The notes: generated by a model not told the origin, from the sequence alone. Shown: positions 1 to 12,169, counted from the first letter of the stretch. The stretch: DNA of 64,000 nt from Malacoraja senta (GCA_038087875.1 CM075995.1:6760001-6824000); one strand, 5' to 3'. A program made the numbers and translations.

Positions 1-286
1 TTGATTGAGGCAGCCAGATCCTTAACTAAGTGATGAGATAAGTCTGTTAACAATAGTATGAGTTATTTCACAGTGCAATGTGCCAGGAATCTTATAATTT
101 GATGCATCTGCTGCATAATTCACTCCTTCCGTTCTCAGTTACTGAAGTGTCCCACATGACCAGTTACTACTAGCCCCACCGATATGGTGACACCCCTTCC
201 CGCTAATCCCACTAGGGGGCGGCACGGTGGCGCAGCGGTAGAGTTGCTGCCTTTTATGGGCCTCTCCCACTTAGGCGACTTTTTAG

Positions 287-754
287 CCAGACCGGCTGCA
301 GGTCTCCGGGGCGGCGGCGCTGAACTTCAACAATGGGAGCCTGGGATCTCTCGCCGAGATCGCCAGTGGTGGAGCTCCATCCAGCGCGGCCTGTTGGCTT
401 CGGAAGCCGCGGTCTCGAGTAAGGAGGCGGCCGTTCCAGGTGTCCCAAGCCGCTGAGAGGGTTCTCCCGACGCCAGAGCACCATCACCCGGCGAGAACGG
501 CCTGGATCATCGGGCCTCCGTGTGGGCGACTGTGGAGGCCTCAATAGGCCCGACTATGGGTGGACATGGGGATGGGGACTGGACTTTGTGCCTTCCCCCA
601 CAGTGGGAACCATTGTGGGGGGATGTTTTTATGTCTTATGTTAAATTTCTTTAATGTTGTGTCTAATTTGTGCTGCATGGCAAGAACAAATTTCACTACA
701 CCATTTTATTGTATGTGACAATAAATGTCCTTTGTCCTTTGTCCTTTGTCCTTG
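287..754 (+). mobile_element. GC-rich non-coding retroposon (unnamed family) nested in the MITE
   Basis: Interrupts the MITE and is absent from the 9955 copy. Has a CCTT-hairpin motif at 591-621, ends TGACAATAAA + (TGTCCTT)n, and has TAG on both sides. Confidence 0.7.
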
Positions 755-1354
755 TAGGCGACTGCAGGAGACTATGCAGTCGCCACATGTTCGCGGGTGG
801 TTGCCGGGGAGTCGCCTTCGTGGTCGTGAGGAGTTCCCGCATTCTGGGAACTAGTCGCGGCCTCTTTATGGTCACCGTGAATTTTACAACATGTTGAAAA
901 ATTAGCGGCGACCAGAATGAAGCCGCCATGGAGAGTAGCGAGAATTCTCGTGCCGTAGGTGGGTCGCCAGGAGGTCCGAGTTGGTCGCCAGGAGGTCGAA
1001 GGTTCTCGTAGGTTCTCGTAGGTTGTAGCCGGTGCTGACCGGTGAATTTCATTGGCTCATTGAGGAAAGAAAAGGAGAATAACCGACCGGTCATGTTAAA
1101 TGTCCGCCGAGCTTCACAGCCGTATATCTCTGGCTTCTTAAAAGTTGTCTCCACTCCTTCTCCCCCCCCTCCCCCCACCCTCTCCACCCTCTTACCGTTC
1201 ACTGTGCTTTAGCCGTCTTTTTACAGCGCCAACCTTTCTGTTCATCACGGTGTGTGTCTGTACCACCTTGGCTTTGCACCGTGTGAATTTTTTAGACAGG
1301 GCAAGCGGGGGGAGCGCTGTCTAAAAAATTCACAGGGGCTGGTGAAGGAAGCAA

Positions 1355-1672
<318 letters not shown>

Positions 1673-2619
1673 TCCACTCTGACAGTCGCCGTTCCAGTTC
1701 CCGGGTTTTTCAGGCTTCTGCCGGCAACTTGACAGTCACCGGCAGTCCGCTGAAAAATCGCCTAACTGGGACAGGCCCGTTACAGCGCCAGAGACCCGGG
1801 TTCGATCCCGACTACGGGTGCTGTCTGTACGGAGTTTGTACGTTCTCCCCGTGGGTATTTTGCGTGGGTTTTCACCGGGTGCTCCAGTTTCCTCCCACAC
1901 TCCAAAGACACACAGGCTTGTAGTTTAACTGGCTTTGGTTAAAGAAAAAGTAATTTGTCCCTGGTGTGTAGAATACTATGTATAGAACGGGTGTCAGGGG
2001 TTATGGGGAGATGGCAGGAGAATGGCGTTGAGAGGGAAGATAGACCAGCCATGATTGAATGGCGAAGTAGATGAACCGAATGGCCTAATTCTGCTCCTAT
2101 CACTTATGAACGTATGAAGTTATAATGGTGCGGGGAGATCTCTGGTTGGTGCGGACTCGGTGGGCTGAAAGGTGTATTGATGCACTGTATCTCTAAACAA
2201 ACCTAAACTAATCCCTTTGGTCGCTGCTGAATAGATGCAGAGTCTTACTACTATTCTTCATCTTAATTTTTAAAGGGGGTTTGACTGGTTCTTTGTTAGT
2301 GAGGGCGTCAAAGGCTATGGGGAGAAGGCAGGAGAATGACTTTAGAGAGACAGCGTTCTTTCTTATCACACATGTACCGAGGTACAGTGAAAGGCCTGGG
2401 TAGGGTGGATGTGGAGAGGATGCTTCCACTAGTGAGAGAATCTAGGACCAGAGGGCACAGCCTCAGAATAAAAGGACGTAAAAGGTGGAAGGTAAGGCCC
2501 CGAGCCCACGTAACGACCCTTTGCTTTTGCATCTGTTGTCGCCGACTCATGACTTCATAAGTTCTCGGACCAGAATTAGGCCGTTCGGCCCATCAAGTTT
2601 CTGTTTTATATTCCCTTTT

Positions 2620-2937
2620 CCTTGTTCCATGTTCCATGTTCCATTTTCCCTGTTCCATGTTCTATGTTGCCTGTTCTGTGTTCCCTGTTCCCTGTTCCCT
2701 GTTCCCTGTTCCATGTTCCATGTTCCGTGTTCCCTGTTCCGTGTTCCCTGTTCCCTGTTCCATGTTCCATGTTCTAAGTCCTATGTTCCATGTTCCATGT
2801 TCCCTGTTCTATGTTCTAAGTCCTATGTTCCATGTTCCATGTTCCATGTTCCGTGTTCCGTGTTCCGTGTTCCGTGTTCCGTGTTCCATGTTTCCTGTTC
2901 CATGTTCCCCGTTCCATGTTCCCTGTTCCATGTTCCA
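2620..2937. repeat. 7-bp tandem repeat (CCATGTT/CCCTGTT/CCGTGTT)n
   Basis: Read directly. The same unit resumes at ~3480-3555 on the other side of a CR1 fragment. Confidence 0.95.
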
Positions 2938-3478
2938 ATAGACAATAGACAATAGGTGCAGGAGTAGGCCATTCGGCCCTTCGAGCCAGCACCGCCATTC
3001 AATGTGATCATGGCTGATCATCCCCAATCAGTACCCCGTTCCTGCCTTCTCCCCATATCCCCTGACTCCGCTATTTTTATGAGCCCTATCTAGCTCGCTC
3101 TTGAAAGCATCCAGAGAACCTGCCACCACCACCCTCTGAGGCAGAGAATTCCACACTCACCACTCTCTGTGAGAAAAAGTGTTTGCTCATCTCCGTTCTA
3201 AATGCCTTACGCCTTATTCTTAAACTGTGGCCCCTGGTTCTGGACTCCCCCAACATCGGGAACATGTTTCCTGCCTCTAGCGTGTCCAAGCCCTTAACAA
3301 TCTTATATGTTTCAATGAGATCGCCCTCTCATCCTTCTAAACTCCAGAGTGTACAAGCCCAGCTGCTCCATTCTCTCAGCATATGACAGTCCCGCCATCC
3401 CTGGAATTAACCTTGTGAACCTATGCTGCACTCCCTCAATAGCAAGAATGTCCTTCCTCAAATTAGGGGACCAAAACT
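2937..3478 (-). mobile_element. CR1 LINE 3' fragment, (CTATTGT)n-tail subfamily
   Basis: Minus-strand peptides [28 protein letters not shown] and GESRTRGHSLRI match the CR1 ORF2 C-terminus. Tail reads (ACAATAG)n on the + strand. Confidence 0.92.
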
Positions 3479-4002
3479 GCTCCATGCTCCATGCTCCATG
3501 TTCCATGCTCCCTGTTCCCTGTTCCATGTTCCCTGTTTAATGTTCCCTGTTCTATGCTTGGTTCAGTTCAATTTAGCTTAGTTTAGTTTAGAAGCACCCG
3601 TAGTCGTGATGGAACCCGGGTCTTTAGCGCTGTAAGGCGGCAACTCTACCGCTGCGCCACCGTGGCGCCCATGTTCTATGCTCTATGTCTCTACGACGTG
3701 AGTCTTTCCACTGGACTTCTCCTATAGCTTCTGAAACATATTGCTTGACCATTGTCATGCAAGATTTCTTGCCTTGTTTCCCACATCACAACTTTGAATC
3801 CCAAAGACATAATTACTTGCAGCACATCCTAAAGCTCTAAGTAATAGGAATTTTCTCTTTATAAATATAATATTTCAATCTGAAATTGATTTGAATTAAT
3901 ACCAAATGTTTCAGCTGGGTTTCATATTTTGAAAATTACCTCACAGGGGAACGCGCGCAAGAATGAAGCAAGATGTTGTCAAACTCTAGTCTTTGATTAC
4001 AG

Positions 4003-4525
4003 TTTTAGTTCAGTTTAGTTTATTGTCACGTGTACCGAGGTACAGTGAAAAGCTTCTGCTCTGCGTGCTATCCAGCCAGCAGAAAGACAATACATGATTG
4101 TAATCATGCCATCCTTAGACTACTGATACATAATAAAGGGAATGACATTTTGTGCAAGATAGAGTCCACTAAAGTCCGATTAAAGATAGTCCGAGGGTCT
4201 CCAGTTAGGTAGCTAGTAGTTCAGGACCGCTCTCTAGTTGGTGATAGGATGGTTCAGTTGCCTGATAACAGCTGGGAAGAAACTGTCCCTGAATCTGGAG
4301 GTGTGCGTTTTCACACTTCTGTACCTTTTGCCTGATGGGAGAGGGGAGAAGAGGGAGTGGCCAGGGTGCGACTGGTCCTTGATTATGCTGCTGGCCTTGC
4401 CGAGGCAGCGTGAGGTGTAGATGGAGTCAATGGAAGGGAGGTTGGTTTGTGCGATGGTCTGGGCTGCTGCGTCCACAATTCTCTGCAATTTCTTATGGTC
4501 TTGGATGGAGCTGTTCCCAAACCCT
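4003..4525 (-). mobile_element. Rex1/Babar LINE 3' fragment
   Basis: Peptide LPSIDSIYTSRCLGKASSIIKDQSHPGHSLFSPLPSGKRYRS...SFFPAVIRQLN. Tail is TGACAATAAA(CTAAA)n. Confidence 0.88.
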
Positions 4526-4534
4526 GATAATACC

Positions 4535-4735
4535 AGAAGGCGTAGCTTTAAGGTGACAGGGGCATAGTTTAAAGGGGATGTGCGTGGCAAGTTTTTTTTG
4601 CACAGAGAGTGGTGAGTACCTGGAATGTGCTGCAGGGGATAATGGTGAAGGCAGGTAAGATGGTGGCGTTTTAAAGACCTTTCTACAGGCACATGGATAT
4701 GTAAGGAATGGAGGGATTTATGTATGGGTGGATAA
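4535..4735 (+). mobile_element. Degenerate CR1 (HER1-type) 3' fragment
   Basis: TTTAAGGTG...TTTAAAGGGGATGTGCGTGGCAAGTTTTTT...CAGAGAGTGGTG resembles the other CR1 ends in the window. Confidence 0.75.
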
Positions 4736-4881
4736 GAGTTGGACACAACATGCTGGAGTAACTCAGCAGGACAGGCAGCATCTCTGGAGAGAAGGAATCG
4801 GTGATGTTTCAGGTCGAGACCCTTCTTCAGAATGATAAGCGTTGGAATTGGCACCATTGTGGATCAAAGAGCCTGTCTTAT

Positions 4882-5184
4882 TTTTAGAGATACAGCGCGG
4901 AAACAGGCTCTTCGGCCTACCGAGTCCACACGGACCAGCGATCCCCGCACACCGACACTATCCTACACACACAATTTACATTTATTACATTTATACCAAG
5001 CCAATTAACCTACAAACCTGCACATCTTTGGAGTGTGAGAGGAAACCGGAGACCACGGAGAAAATCCACGCAGGTCACGGGGAGAACGTGCAAATCCCTT
5101 ACGGACAAGCCCCCGTGGCCAGGATGGAACCCGGGTCTCTGGCGCCGTAAGGCAGCAACTCTACCGCTGCGCCACCGTGCCGCC
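4882..5184 (-). mobile_element. HE1-like V-SINE, full length
   Basis: Reverse complement contains tRNA head, V-domain and HER1-type tail. Confidence 0.92.
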
Positions 5185-5879
5185 TGTCCATGAGGTGACC
5201 TGTCCTATGTTCCATGTTTTGTGACTATGACTCTTTCTCTGGGTCAGCATTACCACAGCCCCCCTGTCTTCTGCTTTCAATAACACCGAGCGATCACAAA
5301 GGTTCAGCGTCCTGCACCACATTTCCTGGCTCCTTGACTCTCCATTGACACCTGCTCGACTCACACTCAGAACAACCTCCCACCCCAAACCTCCCACCGT
5401 TCTGCGACTCAGCTAGTTTATTAAAAAAAAAAAAAAATCCCAAAATAAAGTTTTTACAATAATATGAAACAATACAAAACAATATGATCATAAGATTATA
5501 AGGTCATAAGTTTATAGGAGCAGAATTAGGCCATTCGGCCCATCAAGTCTACTCCGCCATTCAATCATGGCTGATCTATCTCTCCCTCCTAACCCCATTC
5601 TCCTGCCTTCTCCCCGTAACCTCTGACATCCGTATCCCAATAACCATAATGCAAGTAAAACAAGTATTCTTAAGTAAGTAAGTAAGTAAGTTTATTGGCC
5701 AAGTATTCACATACAAGGAATTTGCCTTGGTGCTCCGCCCACAAGTAACAACATGACATACAGTGACAGCTACGAATGACTCAGAAAACACTAAACATTG
5801 ATAATAATAAAACATTAATGATAAAACACCATTGATCAAGCACGTGAACCAACTAAATACCAGATCAAAGGGAGGCCTT

Positions 5880-6142
5880 CGAATATTAATATAATATAAA
5901 TACCGAATATTAACCAACACTCCTTGTCCAGGATGTATTCCACCCCCCCGCGGTGCCCAGCGGTCCAGGAAATCCCCCAGGGCGCCCGTGGACAGCGCGT
6001 AGTCCCCTCTCTAGTACCACCCGGGTGCGGACGTAACTCCGGAAAAGGGGAAGGCAGCCGGCTCGGGCAGAGCCCTCTTCCGCCTGGCGCCGTGACTCGC
6101 GGATGGCCAGCTTGGCCAGGCCCAGGAGCAACCCAACCAGGC
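5880..6142 (-). mobile_element. Tx1/L1-clade LINE 3' fragment
   Basis: Peptide LVGLLLGLAKLAIRESRRQAEEG...YVRTRVVLE. Inverted homologue of 7365-7600. Confidence 0.75.
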
Positions 6143-6176
6143 AGGCGAGTCTGTGAACCGCGAGAGAAACAGGTTG

Positions 6177-6612
6177 TGCTGGAAGGAACTGCAGATGCTG
6201 GTTTACACCGAAGATGAGACACGTGTTGCTGGAGTAACTCCGCGGGACAGGCAGCGTCTCTGGAGAGAGAAGGAATGGGCGACGTTTCGGGCCGAGACCC
6301 TTCTTCAGACTGAGCGTCAGGGGAGAGGGAGACACAGAGATAAGGAAGGGTAAGGTGTGAAAACGAGAGATCAAAAGAGATGGGGTTCGAGGAAAATGTA
6401 GAATAGACCATTGTTAGCTTGGGGAAGATGACAACAAATCAAACAGAGATCCAATGTAGTCGGAGACAGTCAGACTGGGGTGGGGGAGGGATGGAGAGAG
6501 AGGGAAAGCAAGAGTTACTTGAAGTTAGAGAAGTCAATGTTCATACCGCTGGAGTGTAAGCTGCCCAAGCGAAATATGAGGTGCTGTTCCTCCAATTTGC
6601 ACTGGGCCTCAC
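6177..6612 (-). mobile_element. Penelope-like element 3' fragment (GIY-YIG C-terminus + 3' region with hammerhead motif)
   Basis: 6610-6515 (-) translates EAQCKLEEQHLIFRLGSLHSSGMNIDFSNFK*, a typical PLE endonuclease end. Hammerhead-like core at 6308-6281. 10-bp TSD AAACAGGTTG at 6167-6176 and 6613-6622. Confidence 0.85.
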
Positions 6613-6625
6613 AAACAGGTTGCAT

Positions 6626-7683
6626 GATGGGACTTTTGCGGGCTGGATGAGTCCGTGTGTCATGTATGTACGGAGTGCGTGAGGTTGCAGCCCCTGTTCC
6701 AATATCTACAGGGGCTGCTCCTCGCCTTCTGGCTGCACTTCACACCCACCACCCTCATCTTTGGACAACCTGCGCGTAGGGGAGAGGGTAGATCTGAAGA
6801 CGTCCTGGTTGGGTTGCTCCTAGGGTTTCCAACTTTCTCACACTCCCAATTAAGGGACAAAAAGTCAAAATACGGAACAAATTCCCGACGGCAATTCGTT
6901 AACCGACTCGGCCGTGGCTGGGTGAATGATGAGTTGGCCCGGGTGCTGGACTGCACACAAAGCCCAGCCGGTGGGGCCAGCTGAGGAGTTTTGGCCCGGG
7001 CCGCGTGACGTCGCGCCCAAAGTCCGGCACCCCGTCCAACTCATGAACCGATGATCGTCCATGAGAAGGAGGGGTGGTGGTGGTGTCGGCGGTAAGCGAA
7101 GGTCCGAAAGTCGGACAGCTGGCTGGGCTGCCGACCGACGGGGCCACGGGCGAGGAGGCGCTGCTGCTGCTGCTGCACTCCATGGGCTTCACCACGTCGG
7201 GACGGGTGAGGCGGGGCCGGACACGGCGCTCCGACCCGGCAGTCCCCTCGACCCGAGTAGTAGCAGTCAAATACCGGACAAAGGCGGTCCCGTATGGGAC
7301 AAACCAATTTAGCCCAATATACGGGATGTCCCGGCTAATACGGGACAGTTGGCTTACAACCCTAGTTGCTCCTGGGCCTGGCCAAGCTGACCCTCCGCGA
7401 GTCATGACGCCCGGCAGAAGAGGGCTGTGCCCGCGCCGGCTGTTGTGTCCGTGCCCGGGTCATTTTAGAGAGGGACCACGCGCTGGCCACGGGTGCCCTG
7501 GGGGATTTCCGGGACGGCTGGGCACCGCGGGGAGGTGGAATGAATCCTCAATAATGATGGGGGAATGGTAATTTAATATTCAATATTTAAGAATATTTTG
7601 TATTAGGGTGGTGGGTGGTTTGTATTTTTGCACTGCATGTATCATTTTGGTAAATAGTTGATTAAAACCATTTTTGACAAAAT
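6626..7683 (+). mobile_element. Tx1/L1-clade LINE 3' fragment (zf-RVT region), split by a hAT MITE
   Basis: Peptide CGLDESVCHVCTECVRLQPLFQYLQGLLLAFWLHFTPTTLIFG...LVGLLL|GLAKL. 12-bp TSD AACAGGTTGCAT at 6614-6625 and 7684-7695. Confidence 0.8.
6821..7364. mobile_element. Non-autonomous hAT element (MITE)
   Basis: TIRs TAGGGTTTCCAAC / GTTGGCTTACAACCCTA. Perfect 8-bp TSD GTTGCTCC (6813-6820, 7365-7372). Subterminal GGGACA repeats. Confidence 0.9.
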
Positions 7684-7989
7684 AACAGGTTGCATTGGAC
7701 TCCTTGGTGAAGCACCACCTTCTTGAACCACAGTCTCACCCAACCTCCCAACGCAAACCCCCCCCCCCCGCTGTTCGGTGACTCAGTTCGTGATCCAGAT
7801 CAGCCTCAGCTCAGCGGTGGCAGCCTTACCTCTGAGTCAGAAGGCTATGGTTTCACACCCACTTGTGGAGAGTGAGTTCTGACTGTGGTGAGAGAATCCC
7901 ATCTGCACCGTCTTGTGGAAGGAAATATCCTAAGGTTCTACTTAATGAACAGACCACAGCGCAGTGCAGGAAGGAACTGCCGATGCTGG

Positions 7990-8556
7990 TTTGTCGGTAT
8001 GTCAAGGAGGACTCTCTCTAACTTCTACAGGTGCACAGTAGAGAGCATGCTGACCGGTTGCATCGTGGCTTGGTTCGGCAACTTGAGCGCCCAGGAGCGG
8101 AAAAGACTACAAAAAGTAGTAAACACTGCCCAGTCCATCATCGGCTCTGACCTCCCTTCCCTCGAGGGGATCTATCGCAGTCGCTGCCTCAAAAAGGTTG
8201 GCAGCATCATCAAGGACCCACACCATCCTGGCCACACACTCATCTCCCTGCTACCTTCAGGTAGAAGGTACAGGAGCCTGAAGACTGCATCGTCCAAGTT
8301 CAGAAATAGCTACTTCCCCACAGCCATCAGGCTATTAAACTCCTGAGACGAATCTCTGAACATTAATAGACCATTATCTGTTTATTTGCACTTTATCTGC
8401 TTATTTATTGATGTGTGTATATATTTATATAATGGTACATGGACACACTGATCTGTTCTGTATTCATGCCTACTATGTTCTGTTGTGCTGAAGCAAAGCA
8501 AGAATCTCATTGTCCTATCTGGGACACATGACAATAAACTCTCTTGACTTGACTTG
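7990..8556 (+). mobile_element. Rex1/Babar LINE 3' fragment
   Basis: Peptide [21 protein letters not shown]...[22 protein letters not shown]. Tail is TGACAATAAA + (CTTGA)n. Confidence 0.9.
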
Positions 8557-8731
8557 ACGAAATGCTGGAGTAACTCAGCGGGACGGGCAGCATCTCTGGA
8601 GAGAAGCAATGGGTGACATTTCGGCTCGAGACTTTTCTTCAAGCTTCAGACTTCTGAAGGAGGGTCTCGACCCGAAACGTCACCCATTCCTTCTCTCCAG
8701 AAATGCTGCCTGTCCCGCTGTGCTACTCCAG
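8557..8731. mobile_element. Palindromic (inverted-pair) Penelope-derived element
   Basis: Two inverted arms of the PLE terminal sequence. Hammerhead-like core variant at 8654-8681. Confidence 0.8.
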
Positions 8732-8739
8732 TATATACA

Positions 8740-9030
8740 ACAGTACAGCATAGGAACAGACCCTTCAGCCCAACTTGCCCACACCGACCAACATCTCCCA
8801 CCCATACCAGCCCCACCTGCCTGTGTTTGGCCCATAGCCCTGTCTAAATGTTTCTTACACGTTGCGATGGTACCTGCTTCAACTACCTCCTCTGTCAGTT
8901 CCTTCCATACACCCACCACCCTTTGTGTAAGGAAGTTACCCCTCGGGTTCCTATAAATCTTTCCAATCTCACCGTAAAACGATGTCCTCTGGTTCTCGAT
9001 TCCTCTACTCTTGACAAGATTCTGGGCATT
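8740..9030 (-). mobile_element. CR1 (HER1-type) 3' fragment
   Basis: Peptide RNPRGNFLTQRVVGVWKEL. The tail is shared with the SINE (GGGCTGAAGGGTCTGTT). Confidence 0.82.
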
Positions 9031-9042
9031 TGCCCAATTCAT

Positions 9043-9353
9043 TTAGTTTAGTTCAGAGATACAGCGTGTAAACAGGCCCTTGGTCCCCCCGAATCCGCGC
9101 CAACCAGCGATCACCCCGTACACTAGCACTAACCTACACACAAGGGACAATTTACAATTTTACCGCAGCCAGTGAACATACAAACCTGTACGTCTTTGGA
9201 GTGTGGGAGGAAACTGAAGCTCCCAGAGAAAAACCACGCAGGTCACGGGGAGAACATACAAACTCCGTACAGACAGCACCCGTAGTCAGGATCGAACCCA
9301 GGTCTCTGGCGCTGTGAGGCAGCCAACTCTACCGCTGCACCACCGTGCCGCCC
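9043..9353 (-). mobile_element. HE1-like V-SINE, full length
   Basis: Head, V-domain and (CTAAA)n tail on the minus strand. Confidence 0.92.
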
Positions 9354-9449
9354 TAATCTTTGACATTTGCACCCTGGGAGAAAGGTTCTGACTGTCTATC
9401 CCATCTATGCCTCTCAGAATGTTATATACTTCAAACGGATCTCCCTTCA

Positions 9450-9860
9450 TCGCGGAGTCCTGGGACCCTTTGCCGGGGGTCGCAAGCACGAATCTCCGCC
9501 CAGCGCGGCCTGTGGACATCGGGCGGAGGTGGCCAATTCAGAGGTCCAGGCCGCTGAGGATGTTCTCCCGTTCGACGTCAGGGTTCATCGTTCCCGGCGA
9601 CTGCGGTTGGCTCGGGAGGCCCCGACCACGGGTGAACATTGGGGAACATCAGTGAGGAGGTTGACTGGACGTTGGTTCCTTCCCTCACAGTGGGGAACTT
9701 TGGTGCCGCTGTGGGGATGTTTGTGTTGTGGACTATTGTTCTGTGTTTTGTGTGTTTTTTTTAAATTATTTGTATGACTGTATGGGAAATAGCAATTTTG
9801 TTGTCTCTTAATTGAAGACAATGACAATAAATTAAATCATATCAAAATCAAATCAAATTC
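9450..9860 (+). mobile_element. GC-rich non-coding retroposon (unnamed family)
   Basis: CCTT-hairpin at 9678-9717. Ends ATGACAATAAA + (AAATC)n. Confidence 0.6.
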
Positions 9861-9887
9861 AGCTCCGACGTTCTGGCGAAACTGGCC

Positions 9888-10828
9888 AGCACGGTGGCGC
9901 AGCGGTAGAGTTGTTGCATCTCAGCGCCAGAGACCCAGGTTCGATCCCGACTAATGGGCCTGTCCCACTTAGGCAACTTTTCAGTCGCCACATGGTCGCC
10001 ACATGTTCGCAGGTGGTTGCCGGGGAGTCGCCTTCATGGTCGTGAGGTGTTCCTGCATTCTGGAACTAATCACAACCTCATTATGGTCGCGTGAATTTTT
10101 TAACATGTTGAAAAATTAGCGGTGACCAGAATGAAGCCGTCATGGAGAGTAGCGAGCATTCTCGTGCCGTAGGTGGGTCGCCAGGAGGGTCCTAGTGGGT
10201 TGCCAGGAGGTCGAAGGTTCTCTTAGGTTGTAGCTGGTGCTGACCGGTGAATTTCATTGGCTCATTGGAAACAAAACGTAAGCAGTAGTTTTCAGGACCA
10301 AGGATACCGACCGGTAATGTTAAATGTCCGCCGAGCTCGCAGCCGTGTATCTCTGGCTTCTTAAAAGTTGTCTCCACTCCTTCTCCCCCAACTCCTTCTC
10401 CCCCCACTCCTCCCCCCTCATTTAAAGGACTTTAGCTGTCTTAATTACACCGGCAACCTTCCTGTTCATCGCGGTGTGCGTCTGTATCACCTTGGCTTTG
10501 CACCGTGTGAATTTAACTCAGACAGCGCTCCCCCGCTTGCCCTGTCCCCCGCCTGCCTGACAGTTGCCGGCAGTCGCCTGAAAAAACGCCTAAGTGGGAC
10601 AGGCCCATTAGGCAGCTAGCTGTCTGTACGGAATTTGTACGTTCTCCCCGTGGCCACGTGTGTTTTCTCCGGGTGCTCCGGTTTCTTTCCACATTCCAAA
10701 GGCGCATTGGTTAATTGGCTTCTGTAAATTGTCCCCAGTCTGTAGGACTAGATATAGTGTGAAAGGGTCGGCGTGGACTCGTTGGGCCGAAGGGCCTGTT
10801 CCCACGCTGTATCTTTCAACTGACTAAA
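9888..10828 (+). mobile_element. HE1-like V-SINE split by a MITE
   Basis: Head to ...TCGATCCCGACTA at 9953. Resumes with GCTGTCTGTACGG at ~10619. Confidence 0.88.
9955..10607. mobile_element. MITE, PIF/Harbinger-like (uninterrupted copy of the 257-1779 family)
   Basis: TIRs TGGGCCTGTCCCACTTAGGC / GCCTAAGTGGGACAGGCCCA. TAA on the left, TTA on the right. Confidence 0.88.
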
Positions 10829-10967
10829 CATTTAATCTTCTTTAACATGGGTGCAATAGAGAATGGCCTGGCAGGCAGGCATCCATTTCAAAGTAACTCA
10901 ACGGGTCGAGACCCTTCTCGAATAAATGAATATTTTTTTGTCACTTGGAACAAGTCACAGTGAAATT

Positions 10968-11600
10968 CTCCACAGTCAAAAAGGCACAACAGAGGATGTA
11001 CTTCCTATGGCAACTGAGGAAGCACAATCTGCCACAGGCCAATGATGGTCCAATTCTACACGGCCATCGTAGAGTCTGTTCTCACCTTCTCCGTCATGGT
11101 CTGGTTTGGCTCAGCCACCAAGCACGACACCTGGAGGCTGCAGCGAATCGTCCGATCAGCAGAGAAGGTTATTGGCTGCAACCTTCCCTCCATTGATGAA
11201 CTGTACACTGCAAGGGCCAGGAAGCGAGCGGGCAAGATTCATCTCTGACCCCTCTCACCCTGGCCACAAACTCTTCGAATCACTTCCCTCTGGAAGGCGA
11301 CTCCGGATTGTGAAAGCTGCCACAGCCAGACATAAAAACAGTTTTTATCCACGAGTAGTTGCTCTACTCAACAACCAAAAATCTGTAACCTCCCTTTGAT
11401 CTGGTATTTTGTTGGTTCACTGCTTGATCAATGGTCTTTTGACATTAATGTCTTATTATTAATATTAATGTTTAGTGTTTTCTGAGTCATTCGTAACTGT
11501 CACTGTATGTCATGTTGTTACTTGTGGGCGGAGCACCAAGGCAAATTCCTTGTATGTGAATACTTGGCCAATAAACTTACTTACTTACTTACTTACTTAC
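10968..11600 (+). mobile_element. Rex1/Babar LINE 3' fragment, (CTTA)n-tail subfamily
   Basis: Frameshifted peptides KKAQQRMYFL, FYTAIVESVLTFSVMVWFG and DPSHPGHKLFESLPSGRR. Confidence 0.88.
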
Positions 11601-11865
11601 TTTGCTTGTGTACCAAGGTATGCAAATGGTCAACCATAAAGGGTGCTGACCAAGTTACAAAGTGCCCCCGCGCCAGGTACCCCATTCCCCCCCTCCCCCC
11701 TCACAGCGGTCCCCCCACGCCGGATCCTTCTTTGTTCCTTCCCCCAGCTTCCACGTGTTCGTCCTCGTCCGTCGGTCGGCGCCCATCATCGACCGCCGCA
11801 CCAACCTCTCCACAATCGGCGGCGGACGTCTCCGGGTCCCTGCCGCGGACTCCGCAGACCCAGGG

Positions 11866-12169
11866 GCCGATGGCCGAGGTCTCCCGTCGACCCGCGAGGC
11901 TCCGACCCGCAACCCGCGAGGTTTCAGACGGGACCCAAAACGTCACCTATGCCTTCTCTCCAGAGATGCTGTCTGACCCGCCGAGTTACTCCAGCAAGGA
12001 ACTGCAGATGCCGGTTTACACCAAAGGTAGACACAAAATGCTGGAGTAACTCGGCGGGACAGGCAGCATCTCTGGAGAGAAGGCATAGGTGATGTTTTGG
12101 GTCCCGTCTGAAACCTCGCGGGTTGCGGGTCGGAGCCTCGCGGGTCGACGGGAGACCTTGGCCATCGGC
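11866..12169. repeat. 131-bp near-perfect inverted repeat (PLE end plus flanking sequence)
   Basis: Arms 11866-11996 and 12039-12169 with a 42-nt spacer. Confidence 0.9.

Noticed and set aside
2485..3027. VPCS-repeat protein ORFs
   Set aside because: Translations of the 7-bp tandem repeat.
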